From: an uncultured Flavobacteriaceae bacterium
Lineage (GTDB): Bacteria; Bacteroidota; Bacteroidia; Flavobacteriales; Flavobacteriaceae
DNA: 64,000 nucleotides
Direction: 5' to 3'
NCBI GenBank assembly: GCA_964489625.1
Contig: CAZAZM010000011.1
Location: forward strand, 189 to 64,188
Below are positions 41,419 through 50,946 of the stretch, one piece after another. The first letter of the stretch is position 1; every line of letters starts with the position of its first letter. The notes below the pieces were generated by a model. It was not told the DNA's origin, did no database searches, and saw nothing but the letters and a program-made list of their open reading frames with translations. A program made the position numbers and the translations under genes.

Positions 41419-43321
41419 TTTGCAGAGAGCACTTGACTGCCTGAGGTCAGTATGGGGCTACCCCGATTTCAGGCCCAGGCAGGCAGAGATCATCCTCGAG
41501 CTCATGCAAGGCAGGGATGTGCTCGCCGTTTTGCCGACCGGGGGCGGCAAATCCCTGTGCTACCAGGTCCCTGCCCTGATCTCGGAGGGGCTTTGCCTGG
41601 TGGTGAGCCCGCTGATCGCACTGATGGAGGACCAGGTCAAAGGCCTGGAGGAACGAGGCGTCAGGGCGATGCAGCTGGGAGGCGGAATGAGTCGGAACGA
41701 GACCATCAAAGCCTTTGACAACCTCCTCTACGGGAATTACAAACTGCTCTACCTCTCCCCGGAAAAGCTTCAGTCGGAACTGGTGCAGGAAAAGCTCAGG
41801 CAGCTGCCCTTGAGCCTGATCGCCATAGACGAAGCTCACTGCATCTCTCAGTGGGGCCATGACTTCCGGCCCTCCTACCTGAAGCTGGGGCTCCTCGGAG
41901 AGCTCTTCCCCGGAACGCCCAGGATCGCCCTCACCGCAACGGCGACAAAAAGGGTTGAGAACGACATCATCGTTCAGCTGGGGCTTCAAAATGCGGTAAG
42001 GTTCAGGGATTCATTCTTCCGCAAGAACCTGAGCATCGGATTGGTCAGAACGGAGAATCCCATGGGAAAGGTATTGCAGATCCTGCAAAAGAAGACAGAA
42101 CCCGCCATCGTATACACCGGTACCCGAAAGGAGACCATCGTCTATGCCGACTACCTGAAGAGACGGGGTATCGACGCCGCCTTCTACCACGGGGGAATGG
42201 ACCGGGAGGAGAGAAGCCTCGCCCTGGAGGGCTGGATGGAAGAGGCCCCCAGGGTCATGGTTGCGACCAATGCCTTCGGAATGGGCATAGACAAGCAAAA
42301 CGTCAGGTGCGTGGTCCATTGCCAGGTCCCGCTCAGCCTGGAAGCCTATGTTCAGGAGATCGGCAGGGCAGGGAGAGACCTGCAGCCTTCCTTTGCCTAC
42401 ATGCTTTACAATGAAAGCAGCATACAGGAAGCCATGGACCTTGTCAGCCGGTCGCTTGCCGATCCCGGATTCTGCAAAAAGGTCTACACGAAATTGAACG
42501 ACTATCAGCAGATCGCCCGAGGAGAGCTCCGTGAAGCTCCCATCTCACTTGACCTGGCTGAATTTTCCAGCCTCTATGACCTGCCCCTGCCGAAGACCTT
42601 TTCCGCCCTGGGTCACCTGGAACGAGAGAGCGTCCTGGTCCTGAACCTGAATCCGAAGGCATTCTCAAGGGTAAGGGTCACTGCAGGGCCAGGCGGCCCG
42701 GGGTCCGGGACCGGGGGAAAGGGCAAGGAGAACAGGGTATTGCAGAGCCTGCTGCGGAACTACGGGGGAATACACGAGCAAAAGGTGCAGGTTCAGGAGT
42801 CACTCATCGCCGCAACGACCAACCTGAGCAGGAAGGAAGTGACCGAATGCCTGCAAAACCTGGATAAAGACGGAATCCTGGTCTACGAAAGATCGGAGGG
42901 CCTTTCAGAACTTCGCTTCCTCGTCCCCAGGGAGGACGACTACGTCCACCGATCCACGGCCAAAAGCATAGAGGCCCGAAACAAGGTCAGGCTGCTTCAT
43001 CTGAAATCCATGCTGGCCTACTGTGCCAATGACCGGATTTGCAGGAACCGGCAACTGATAGCCTATTTTGGTGAAGAGGAGATCGAGGACTGTGGCATGT
43101 GCGACGTGTGCAGATCCAGGAAGCGCGAAGGGGAATGGAAGGGCTATGAGTTCGCAGCCGCGCAGGTGAGGACTCTTTTGGAGGAAAGGCCGCTTGATTT
43201 TTCCCAATTGATGGACGAAATGCAGATAGCCGAGGAACGCCTTGCAAAAACCCTGGATCTGATGCTGGAAAAACAATGGATACGACTAAATTTGCAGGAC
43301 CAATTCGAGCTGAGCAGATGA
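41408..43321 (+). CDS. RecQ-family helicase (second paralogue, no HRDC)
   Basis: PTGGGKS, DEAHCISQWGHDFRPSY, QEIGRAGRD, C-terminal CRN...CGMCDVC. Confidence 0.92.
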   Translation: MESNLQRALDCLRSVWGYPDFRPRQAEIILELMQGRDVLAVLPTGGGKSLCYQVPALISEGLCLVVSPLIALMEDQVKGLEERGVRAMQLGGGMSRNETIKAFDNLLYGNYKLLYLSPEKLQSELVQEKLRQLPLSLIAIDEAHCISQWGHDFRPSYLKLGLLGELFPGTPRIALTATATKRVENDIIVQLGLQNAVRFRDSFFRKNLSIGLVRTENPMGKVLQILQKKTEPAIVYTGTRKETIVYADYLKRRGIDAAFYHGGMDREERSLALEGWMEEAPRVMVATNAFGMGIDKQNVRCVVHCQVPLSLEAYVQEIGRAGRDLQPSFAYMLYNESSIQEAMDLVSRSLADPGFCKKVYTKLNDYQQIARGELREAPISLDLAEFSSLYDLPLPKTFSALGHLERESVLVLNLNPKAFSRVRVTAGPGGPGSGTGGKGKENRVLQSLLRNYGGIHEQKVQVQESLIAATTNLSRKEVTECLQNLDKDGILVYERSEGLSELRFLVPREDDYVHRSTAKSIEARNKVRLLHLKSMLAYCANDRICRNRQLIAYFGEEEIEDCGMCDVCRSRKREGEWKGYEFAAAQVRTLLEERPLDFSQLMDEMQIAEERLAKTLDLMLEKQWIRLNLQDQFELSR

Positions 43322-44265
43322 ACAAGGATCTAAGAATAGTCTTCATGGGAACCCCGGATTTCGCGGTTGCCTCCCTCCGCGCCCTGATCGAGGGCGGATA
43401 TGATGTCGTCGCCGTGCTGACGGCCCCTGACAGACCCGCAGGAAGGGGAAGAAAGCTAAGGTTTTCCGCTGTCAAGGAGTACGCGCTTCAAATGGGGCTT
43501 ACCCTGCTGCAGCCCACCAACCTGAAAGACCCTGACTTTCTGGCCGAGCTCAAAGCCCTTGAGGCTGACCTGCAGATCGTTGTGGCCTTCAGAATGCTGC
43601 CCAAGGCCGTGTGGAGTATGCCCAGGCTGGGCACCTTCAACCTGCACGCCTCCCTCCTTCCCGAATACCGGGGAGCGGCACCCATCAACTGGGCGATCAT
43701 CAACGGCGAGACCCGGACGGGAGTGACCACCTTCTTCATCAACCAGGACATTGACACCGGAGCCATTATCTTGCAGAAAGAAGTGCCCGTCTCGATCACG
43801 GAGTCCGCCGGGGAGCTGCACGACAGGCTAATGACCCTGGGCAGCCAGCTCGTGGTCGAAACGGTGGAACATATTGAGAAAGGAGACTATGAGCTCAGGG
43901 AGCAGCCGGAACTCGAACTCAAGCCTGCTCCCAAGCTGAACAAGGAAAACTGCAGGATCGACTGGGGCAAGCCCATCAAGAAGATCTATGACCACATCCG
44001 GGGCCTGAGCCCCTACCCCTCCGCCTGGACCCTATTGGAGCAGGATGACAAACAGGTGGAATGCAAGATCTATGGGTCGGGAATGATCACGGAGAAACAT
44101 GCACTGGAGCCGGGAAGCATCCGGGCCGACAAAAAGGAGATCAGGGTGGCGGCGCCAGGTGGCTTCCTTAAAATTGAGGTACTGCAGCTCTCGGGAAAGC
44201 GCAAAATGGATGCCGCAAGCTTTCTCAACGGATTCCAATTCAAAGAGGGAGACAGATTCATCTGA
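43318..44265 (+). CDS. fmt: Methionyl-tRNA formyltransferase
   Basis: VFMGTPDFA, FNLHASLLPEYRGAAPINWAI, RGLSPYP; ATG 43318. Confidence 0.95.
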   Translation: MNKDLRIVFMGTPDFAVASLRALIEGGYDVVAVLTAPDRPAGRGRKLRFSAVKEYALQMGLTLLQPTNLKDPDFLAELKALEADLQIVVAFRMLPKAVWSMPRLGTFNLHASLLPEYRGAAPINWAIINGETRTGVTTFFINQDIDTGAIILQKEVPVSITESAGELHDRLMTLGSQLVVETVEHIEKGDYELREQPELELKPAPKLNKENCRIDWGKPIKKIYDHIRGLSPYPSAWTLLEQDDKQVECKIYGSGMITEKHALEPGSIRADKKEIRVAAPGGFLKIEVLQLSGKRKMDAASFLNGFQFKEGDRFI

Positions 44266-44279
44266 GCCCTTTAAATTAA

Positions 44280-44345
44280 GGGTTTAGCGAGGGTTTACAG
44301 TCTTTTTCCAGGGGTTTATCAACAAATTGAATCGAATTATTAACA
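44280..44345 (+). repeat. Phased short direct repeats upstream of HU: GGGTTTA x3 and TTATYAACA x2
   Basis: GGGTTTA at 44280, 44291 and 44312; TTATCAACA at 44316 and TTATTAACA at 44337. Confidence 0.5.
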
Positions 44346-44393
44346 ATATGAGCCATTTTATTGGCCAAAACTTGCGCAAACCCCTATAAAATC

Positions 44394-44401
44394 TATATTT
44401 G
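44394..44401 (+). promoter_or_regulatory. -7 promoter box TATATTTG for HU
   Basis: Exact TAnnTTTG 56 nt upstream of the ATG. Confidence 0.6.
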
Positions 44402-44457
44402 TTGTGCTATTGGAAGGCAAAAAAAATGAATATTTAACCAATTTAAACTTTTAGATT

Positions 44458-44730
44458 ATGAACAAATCAGATTTAATCGAAGCAATGGCGACCAACGCTG
44501 GAATCTCCAAAGCTGCTGCAGGAAAAGCCTTAGACGCTATGATGAAGAGCATCACTGGTGAATTGATGACAGGAGGAAGAGTGTCATTGGTAGGTTTTGG
44601 ATCTTTCGCAGTTTCTTCGAGAGCTGCCAGGGACGGAAGAAACCCACAAACAGGAGCTACAATAAAAATACCTGCCAGAAAAGTGATCAAATTCAAAGCA
44701 GGATCTGAACTTAAAGACGCTGTGAACTAA
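44458..44730 (+). CDS. hup: DNA-binding protein HU
   Basis: [35 protein letters not shown]. Confidence 0.97.
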   Translation: MNKSDLIEAMATNAGISKAAAGKALDAMMKSITGELMTGGRVSLVGFGSFAVSSRAARDGRNPQTGATIKIPARKVIKFKAGSELKDAVN

Positions 44731-44752
44731 TCCGGTTCGCTGTCAAAACAAC

Positions 44753-44783
44753 AAAAAGCCCTCTTTTTCAAGAGGGTTTTTTT
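44753..44783 (+). terminator. Intrinsic terminator after HU
   Basis: AAAAAGCCCTCT-ttttca-AGAGGGTTTTTTT. Confidence 0.75.
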
Positions 44784-44824
44784 ATTTCGTTATTTTTTGT
44801 ACATTTAGTTCCAACCAATTTATT

Positions 44825-45382
44825 ATGACAACGTTAAAGCCTGAAAAAGGAAAATTGCTGATCGCTGAGCCCTCGATTTTGAGCGATAGCTCCTTCAATC
44901 GATCGGTGGTGTTCCTTACCGAGCACAACGATAAGGGATCGGTGGGCTTTATCATGAACAAGCCCTCTCCCTACACCATAGGAGACCTCATTCCCGAGAT
45001 CGAATCCGACCTCAAAGTGTATTTCGGCGGGCCCGTCTCGGAAGACAACCTCTACTTCATTCACAAGGTGCCCGAGTTGATTCCCGACAGCATAGAGATC
45101 GGAAATGGAATCTATTGGGGAGGAAATTTCGAAACCATACAGGAGCTTCTCAAGGAGGAAATTCTCTCCAAGCATGACATACGTTTCTTTCTGGGCTACT
45201 CGGGATGGAGTGAACAACAACTGGAGGAGGAACTCTCAACCACTTCCTGGCTGATCGTTGAGAACAAGTTCAAGAACCTGTTCCGGATCAATCACCTCAA
45301 CTTTTGGAAGAATGAGTTGCTCAAATTCGGCGGGATCTACAAATTGTGGGCAAACGCACCCAAGGACCCCAACCTGAACTGA
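44825..45382 (+). CDS. yqgE: YqgE/AlgH-family protein
   Basis: LLIAEP, FNRSVV, FGGPV, FFLGYSGW..QQLEEE. Confidence 0.92.
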   Translation: MTTLKPEKGKLLIAEPSILSDSSFNRSVVFLTEHNDKGSVGFIMNKPSPYTIGDLIPEIESDLKVYFGGPVSEDNLYFIHKVPELIPDSIEIGNGIYWGGNFETIQELLKEEILSKHDIRFFLGYSGWSEQQLEEELSTTSWLIVENKFKNLFRINHLNFWKNELLKFGGIYKLWANAPKDPNLN

Positions 45383-45387
45383 ACCCC

Positions 45388-46221
45388 TTATCCGGAAATC
45401 TTCTTGTCGATAAGAAGGCCCTCTAGTCTTTTTGTGATCGCGGTATCGTAGTCCCTCTTCCTGTACCGGCTGACCGAACGGATCCAGTGAATGGAATTTG
45501 TCAGGAACACCTCGTCGGCCTTCAAAAGCTCAAAGGGGGAGATCGAAGTCTCTTCAAGCTCCAGCTCCGGATCCCGGCCAACCGCTTCAATTGCCTTCTT
45601 TCTCATGATCCCGTTGATGCATCCGCATTCAAGGGAAGGCGTAAGCACCCGTTGACCCTTGACCAGGAACAGGTTGGAATCGGTGGCCGACACCAGCTCC
45701 TTTCTTTCGTTGATCAGGACCGAGTTCTGATAGCCGTTCTCGCTCGCGAAGATGCCCGAAAGCACATTTGCCATCCTGTTGTTCGTCTTGATGGTCGACA
45801 AGAGCCCGGATGAAACATGAAAATCCTTGAACAGCTCTATTTCCAGATCTTCCTGAGGCTCCATCTCCATCCCGGAGACATGAATCACAAACCCGGATTG
45901 ATTGCTCTCCGGAAACAGTCCGCCTCCCCCCATCCGGTAGAAACTAACCCTTGCCACGGCGTCCCCTGAAACTCCGCTCGCCTCGAAGGTCCTTTTGATC
46001 TCACGGTCATAGGCCTCAAGCGTGAAGTCGGAAGGGATCTTCATGCGCATCATTCTCATGGAAGACATGAGCCTGAAGTAGTGATCTTCCAGGAACTGGA
46101 TCTCGCCCCGGGACAGTCTCACAACGTCGTACACCCCGTCTCCCAGGGTGAAAGCCCTGTTTTGATACAGGGGCATTTCACCGTTTTCCTCAACCAAAGA
46201 GCCATTGTGGTTAATGATCAT
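45388..46221 (-). CDS. Class IV PLP aminotransferase (PabC/IlvE-like)
   Basis: NRAFTLGDGVYD, LSTIKTNN, GCINGIMR, EVFLTNS. Confidence 0.85.
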   Translation of the reverse strand: MIINHNGSLVEENGEMPLYQNRAFTLGDGVYDVVRLSRGEIQFLEDHYFRLMSSMRMMRMKIPSDFTLEAYDREIKRTFEASGVSGDAVARVSFYRMGGGGLFPESNQSGFVIHVSGMEMEPQEDLEIELFKDFHVSSGLLSTIKTNNRMANVLSGIFASENGYQNSVLINERKELVSATDSNLFLVKGQRVLTPSLECGCINGIMRKKAIEAVGRDPELELEETSISPFELLKADEVFLTNSIHWIRSVSRYRKRDYDTAITKRLEGLLIDKKISG

Positions 46222-46302
46222 GCTCTCTCTTTTTTGCATTAAAAAAGCCCTGATAACAAGGCTTGAGTCATAAATTCGAAAATGTCGTCGTCTGAGGATC
46301 GA

Positions 46303-46686
46303 TCAGCCGCCGATCACATGCTTGAGCTCCGCGATCTGATTCTCCCAGAACATCTTGGATTCTTCTACCTCGTCCTCATCCGCAAAATCCACCACCAGCA
46401 GGGAAACATCCTTGGTCAGGTCATCCACCTCGATCCTGAATTCGAAGAAGGTGTCCTCATCATCGTCCTCTTCCCATTTGAATCTCACAAACACGTCAGA
46501 CTTGTAGGCAATCCTCGCGGCAATCTCCTCCGTGTCGTTCCAGATGAAGGTGTAGTTCTTGCCCCTGGAGTTCACATTGTCGGCGAACCACTCACCCAGG
46601 GAATCCGGGGTGGAGAGGTATTGGAACAGGAAATTTGGAGAGGCATGGATTGGAAATTCCAAATCAATTCTGACTTTACCTGGCAT
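46303..46686 (-). CDS. START-like domain protein
   Basis: FQYLSTPDSLGEWFADNVNSRG, VRFKWEED, LLVVDFA. Confidence 0.85.
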   Translation of the reverse strand: MPGKVRIDLEFPIHASPNFLFQYLSTPDSLGEWFADNVNSRGKNYTFIWNDTEEIAARIAYKSDVFVRFKWEEDDDEDTFFEFRIEVDDLTKDVSLLVVDFADEDEVEESKMFWENQIAELKHVIGG

Positions 46687-46797
46687 TGATGATTTTTTTA
46701 GACGGAGGCAATATATATAATTTAATCAATAATAGGAAAAAAAATATTTTTGTTCAAATATTTGAAGCCGTATAGTTGCTGAAAATAAATTTGTTTT

Positions 46798-46805
46798 TAT
46801 ATTTG
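46798..46805 (+). promoter_or_regulatory. -7 promoter box TATATTTG for tRNA-Met
   Basis: Exact match 47 nt upstream of the tRNA. Confidence 0.6.
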
Positions 46806-46852
46806 CGAACCCAAAATTGAGAGATGGTTTCACCCATTTTTCAAAAGGTTTC

Positions 46853-46926
46853 GGCGAGGTAGCTCAGATGGTTAGAGCGTCGGATTCATAACCCGGAGGT
46901 CGGCAGTTCGATCCTGCTCCTCGCTA
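46853..46926 (+). tRNA. tRNA-Met (CAT), elongator type; CCA not encoded
   Basis: Cloverleaf GGCGAGG/CCTCGCT, D-arm GCTC..GAGC, loop TTCATAA, T-arm GGCAG-TTCGATC-CTGCT; lacks the C1:A72 mismatch and three G-C anticodon pairs of the initiator. Confidence 0.92.
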
Positions 46927-46932
46927 CAGTTC

Positions 46933-46968
46933 AGAACCCCTGGTCCCATGCGATCGGGGGTTTTTCTT
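46933..46968 (+). terminator. Terminator after the tRNA (possibly bidirectional)
   Basis: AACCCCTGGTC-ccatgc-GATCGGGGGTT followed by a T-run. Confidence 0.65.
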
Positions 46969-46989
46969 TGGACTGCTTCCCCCATTCTG

Positions 46990-47436
46990 TCAACCCAGTT
47001 CTTTGAACATCTTGTAATGGGTTCCGATCTGCGGCAGCTCGAAGGCATCTCCCGATACTTCAAAGCCCATTTTCCTGTAGAATTCGAGGGCCACGACCCG
47101 CGCGTTGCACCATAGGAGACCGGCTCCCCGCTGCCTGAGACGGCTCTCTGCGGCTGTGAGCAGCTCGCGCCCGTAGCCCCTGCCCTGGTGAGCGGCTGCC
47201 GTGGCCATGCCGCGCAGCTGATACTGCTCAGTGCCCGAGTCGTTCAGATCCGATTTCATGAAGCTGGCCACGCTGACCAGCCTTTCGTCCAGAAAGAGCC
47301 CCAGGTGCATCGTCTCGGGCTCCTGGTCCCCCTGCATCTTCCAACTGAGCGTGACGTTCTTCCTCAACTCTTCCCTTCGCAAGGGATAGGTCTCTTCCGC
47401 ACTGATCTCCCTGACTGTTCTCATTCCTGTTGCCAT
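46990..47436 (-). CDS. GNAT-family N-acetyltransferase
   Basis: QLRGMAT...HQGRGYG, LLWCNAR..ALEFYRKMGF; start ATG 47436 or 47424. Confidence 0.9.
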   Translation of the reverse strand: MATGMRTVREISAEETYPLRREELRKNVTLSWKMQGDQEPETMHLGLFLDERLVSVASFMKSDLNDSGTEQYQLRGMATAAAHQGRGYGRELLTAAESRLRQRGAGLLWCNARVVALEFYRKMGFEVSGDAFELPQIGTHYKMFKELG

Positions 47437-47446
47437 GACCCGTGCT

Positions 47447-48604
47447 CTAGCTCTTGTGCCCCTTTTTGCTCCCTGCATACATCTCGTATTTCACGAACCT
47501 GCATTCCAACTTCCCATTGAACACCTTCACCTTGCGCGAGGACCTCAATCCGACGCTTTTTACCCCTTTTTCGAAGTCCGAGGTGATGATCCATGCCGTG
47601 GTCTGCGGATAGTTCTTCTTGAGGCTGTCCCCGATCTGCCCGTAGAATTCCTCCACGTCAATGTTCAGGCGCTCTCCGTAGGGAGGGTTGAACAATACAA
47701 GTGCATCTCCCTCGACCGGCTTGGGCTCCCGGAAGAAGTTCTTTCTCTCCAGGCGGATGAACTCCTGCAGGGAGGCATTTCGTATGTTTTCCTCAGCCTT
47801 CCTGATCGCAGAGGGGGCCTTGTCGAACCCGATGATCTCATGACTGGCGTTACGCACCCTTTTCAGCAGGGACCCGTGTATGAGACCGAACAGCTCCGCA
47901 TCGTAATCCTTCCACTTCTCGAAACCGAATTCCCTTCGGTGGATTCCCGCGGGAATGTTGCAGGCGATCATGGCCGCTTCCACGAGTATGGTTCCGCTCC
48001 CGCACATGGGATCGATGAAATGAACCGAACCGCTGTACCCGGTCATGAGGATCAAACCGGCGGCAAGCACCTCGTTGATGGGAGCGATGTTGGTTTCTGA
48101 CCTGTAGCCTCTCTTGTGCAGGGATTCCCCCGAGCTGTCCAGAGAGACCACGCATTCGTTCTCGTGGATGTGTATGTGGAACAGCACGTCGGGATGCCTG
48201 AGATCGACATTGGGCCGTTTGTGCATCTTAGTCCTGAAATAGTCCACGATGGCATCTTTGGTCCTCAGGGTCACATAGTGCGAGTGCTTGAAAATGCTCC
48301 CCACGACCGTGGAACTGACTGCCAGGGTACCGGAAACGTCCAGGAACCTGTCCCAGGGCAGCTGATTCAGCCTCCTGTAAAGCTCCTCTTCGTTGTCAGC
48401 CCTGAACTCGAAGACGGGAACCAGGATCCTCAGGGCCGTTCGCAGGGAAAGGTTGGCCTTGTACATGAAACCCTTGTCTCCCACGAAGCTGACGCTCCTC
48501 ACCCCTTCCTTTACATTTTGGGCTCCGAGGTCCCTAAGCTCCTTGGCCAGTATCGCCTCAAAGCCAAAGAAGCATTTGGCCAGCATGTTGTAATTCCCTT
48601 CCAT
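47447..48604 (-). CDS. THUMP-domain class I SAM RNA methyltransferase (RlmL N-like)
   Basis: LDSSGESLHKRGYR, APINEVLAAG, DPMCGSGT, FNPPYGERL; ATG 48604. Confidence 0.92.
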   Translation of the reverse strand: MEGNYNMLAKCFFGFEAILAKELRDLGAQNVKEGVRSVSFVGDKGFMYKANLSLRTALRILVPVFEFRADNEEELYRRLNQLPWDRFLDVSGTLAVSSTVVGSIFKHSHYVTLRTKDAIVDYFRTKMHKRPNVDLRHPDVLFHIHIHENECVVSLDSSGESLHKRGYRSETNIAPINEVLAAGLILMTGYSGSVHFIDPMCGSGTILVEAAMIACNIPAGIHRREFGFEKWKDYDAELFGLIHGSLLKRVRNASHEIIGFDKAPSAIRKAEENIRNASLQEFIRLERKNFFREPKPVEGDALVLFNPPYGERLNIDVEEFYGQIGDSLKKNYPQTTAWIITSDFEKGVKSVGLRSSRKVKVFNGKLECRFVKYEMYAGSKKGHKS

Positions 48605-48671
48605 GTGGCAAAAATAAAGCAAAGACGGAAGCTGTTCCCATAATTTTATATTTTTGTTTGATTTTAATTCG

Positions 48672-49400
48672 ATGAAGCAAAAGTCAGAATGGTTCCAGGA
48701 CTGGTTCAACACCTCCTACTATCATCTTCTCTATGACTACAGGGATGAGAGTGAGGCAGAATTCTTCATGGGTAACCTGCTTGAATTTCTCGACCTGGAC
48801 CGGGATAAGACCCTCCTGGACCTTCCCTGCGGAAGGGGCCGACACGCCTTGTTTTTGAATTCCAAGGGTTACAAGGTGGTGGGTGCCGACATTTCCGAGA
48901 ACAGCATTGCCCATGCAAAACACTTTGAAAATCAAAGGCTTCGCTTTATGATCCACGACATGCGCGACCCTCTTCCGGCCCAATATGCCGCGATCTTCAA
49001 CCTGTTCACCAGCATAGGGTATTTCGAGCACGAAGAGACCAATGCCCGGGTTTTGAGGAATTTCAAGGAAGGGCTGGAGGAAAACGGGACCCTGGTGATC
49101 GATTTTCTCAACCTGGCCAGGGTACGCGAGGAACTGGTACCGCATCAGAGGATCGTCAAGGAGGGGATCGAATACGACATAGAAAAGCGGATCACCGAGC
49201 GATTCATCATCAAGGACATCCGGGTAAGGGACGGGGAAGACCTCTATGACTTCCAGGAAAAGGTACAGGCCCTGGACCTGGCCAAGTTTGAAAAATATTC
49301 CAAGGCGGCAGGGCTGAGGATCGACAGGATCTTCGGTGACTACAAGCTGAACCCTTACGTGGAAAACGAATCCGAGAGGCTAATACTCGTCATGAAATGA
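48672..49400 (+). CDS. Class I SAM-dependent methyltransferase
   Basis: WFNTSYYHLLY, LDLPCGRGRH, FNLFTSIGYF. Confidence 0.88.
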   Translation: MKQKSEWFQDWFNTSYYHLLYDYRDESEAEFFMGNLLEFLDLDRDKTLLDLPCGRGRHALFLNSKGYKVVGADISENSIAHAKHFENQRLRFMIHDMRDPLPAQYAAIFNLFTSIGYFEHEETNARVLRNFKEGLEENGTLVIDFLNLARVREELVPHQRIVKEGIEYDIEKRITERFIIKDIRVRDGEDLYDFQEKVQALDLAKFEKYSKAAGLRIDRIFGDYKLNPYVENESERLILVMK

Positions 49401-50071
49401 GCTACCTGGCCCTGATTCTTCCGGTGATGCTGGGCTATGCCCTGGTACGATGGGTGCAGCCCAATTCCAAGGCGCTGCAGCTCTTCCTTTCTTTCAGCGG
49501 GGCCTACCTGCTGTCCATGACGGTGCTTCACCTGATCCCCGAGGTGTTCGTCGGCGGAAGTTCACAAACCGGGCTTTTCATCCTGCTGGGAATCGCCCTG
49601 CAAACCGGGCTGGAATACCTTTCCAAAGGGGCCGAGCACGGGCATTTGCACTCACATGACTTTCAGCAGAGAATCCCCTGGCTCCTGTTGATCAGCCTGG
49701 GAGTCCATGCATTTTTGGAGGGAATGCCCCTGGGCCTGGAGGAGAACAGGCAGCTGCTCCTTGCGATTATCATACACAAACTGCCGGTGGCCGTGATCCT
49801 GGCCTCCTTTCTCAATCGTTCCTCCCTTTCGGCGAACGCGTCACTGTTGATCATGATACTCTTCTCGCTGATGAGCCCCCTGGGAAGCTGGGTCACAGAA
49901 AACTGGGAAGGGATTCAGGCCTACAGGCAGCAGATAACTGCCCTGGTCATCGGGGTGTTCCTGCACATCTCCAATGCCATCCTGTTCGAAAGCTCCGAAA
50001 ATCACAAATTCAACCTGCAGAAGTTCGTCGCGATCCTGATCGGGTTCGGCATCGCTTACCTGAGCCTGTAA
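49397..50071 (+). CDS. ZIP-family metal transporter
   Basis: EHGHLH loop, HAFLEG, HKLPVA, FLHIS. Confidence 0.9.
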   Translation: MSYLALILPVMLGYALVRWVQPNSKALQLFLSFSGAYLLSMTVLHLIPEVFVGGSSQTGLFILLGIALQTGLEYLSKGAEHGHLHSHDFQQRIPWLLLISLGVHAFLEGMPLGLEENRQLLLAIIIHKLPVAVILASFLNRSSLSANASLLIMILFSLMSPLGSWVTENWEGIQAYRQQITALVIGVFLHISNAILFESSENHKFNLQKFVAILIGFGIAYLSL

Positions 50072-50075
50072 AACT

Positions 50076-50897
50076 CTAATAGACCTCCGGCACGAAGGTC
50101 TGGTTGGTGAAGGGCGTGCGTATGTAGGCCCGGTCCTCTCGCCTGGGAGGCAATTCGATCTTCTCGCGCTCCACCTCCTTGTAATCGATCATGCTGAGCA
50201 GGTGGTGGATGCAATTGAGCCTCGCCCTCTTCTTGTTGTCGGCGGGAACCACGTACCAGGGGGACTGCTTGGTGTCGGTGTATTTGAACATCTCGTCCTT
50301 GGCCCGGCTGTACTCGATCCAGTGTTCCCGGGATTTGAGGTCCATGGGACTGATCTTCCAGGTCTTGGTCGGGTCCTCGATACGGTCGCGAAACCTCCTC
50401 TCCTGCTCTTCATCGGAGACCGAAAACCAATATTTGAGAAGGATGATCCCGGATCGGATGAGCATGCGCTCGAATTCGGGACAGGAGCGCATGAACTCAT
50501 TGTATTCCTCGGGCGTGCAGAATCCCATCACGTACTCCACTCCTGCCCGGTTGTACCAGCTGCGATCAAAGAGCACCATCTCGCCTGCGCTCGGCAGGTG
50601 AGGCACGTATCTCTGGAAATACCATTGGCTCTTCTCCCGGCTGGAAGGAGTTCCCAGGGCGACGATCTTGCAGACCCTGGGATTCATGCTCTGGGAGATC
50701 CGCTTGATCACACCACCCTTGCCGGCAGCATCCCTGCCCTCGAAGATGACCACGACCTTCAGGCCCTTGTGCTTGATCCACTCCTGGAGCTTGACCAGTT
50801 CGACCTGTAACCTCTCCAATTCTTTTTCATAGAAAGCATTGCTGATTTTTTTTGTGTCTCTTTTCTCCGGTTCTACATTCCTGGATGTTTCCTCCAT
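50076..50897 (-). CDS. ppk2: Polyphosphate kinase 2, class I-like (third PPK2 in the window)
   Basis: EGRDAAGKGG, FDRSWYNRAGVEYVMGFC, WKISPMD. Confidence 0.95.
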   Translation of the reverse strand: MEETSRNVEPEKRDTKKISNAFYEKELERLQVELVKLQEWIKHKGLKVVVIFEGRDAAGKGGVIKRISQSMNPRVCKIVALGTPSSREKSQWYFQRYVPHLPSAGEMVLFDRSWYNRAGVEYVMGFCTPEEYNEFMRSCPEFERMLIRSGIILLKYWFSVSDEEQERRFRDRIEDPTKTWKISPMDLKSREHWIEYSRAKDEMFKYTDTKQSPWYVVPADNKKRARLNCIHHLLSMIDYKEVEREKIELPPRREDRAYIRTPFTNQTFVPEVY

Positions 50898-50946
50898 GTA
50901 TTACATTTATGAATTATACAAATATGACTAGGCTCCTTTTTCATTC

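Noticed and set aside
46817-46844. G-U-rich hairpin in the tRNA-Met leader
   Set aside because: Weak stem, consistent with a normal pre-tRNA leader
46853-46926. tRNA as a possible island integration site
   Set aside because: No integrase, no duplicated tRNA 3' end, and no compositional shift next to it
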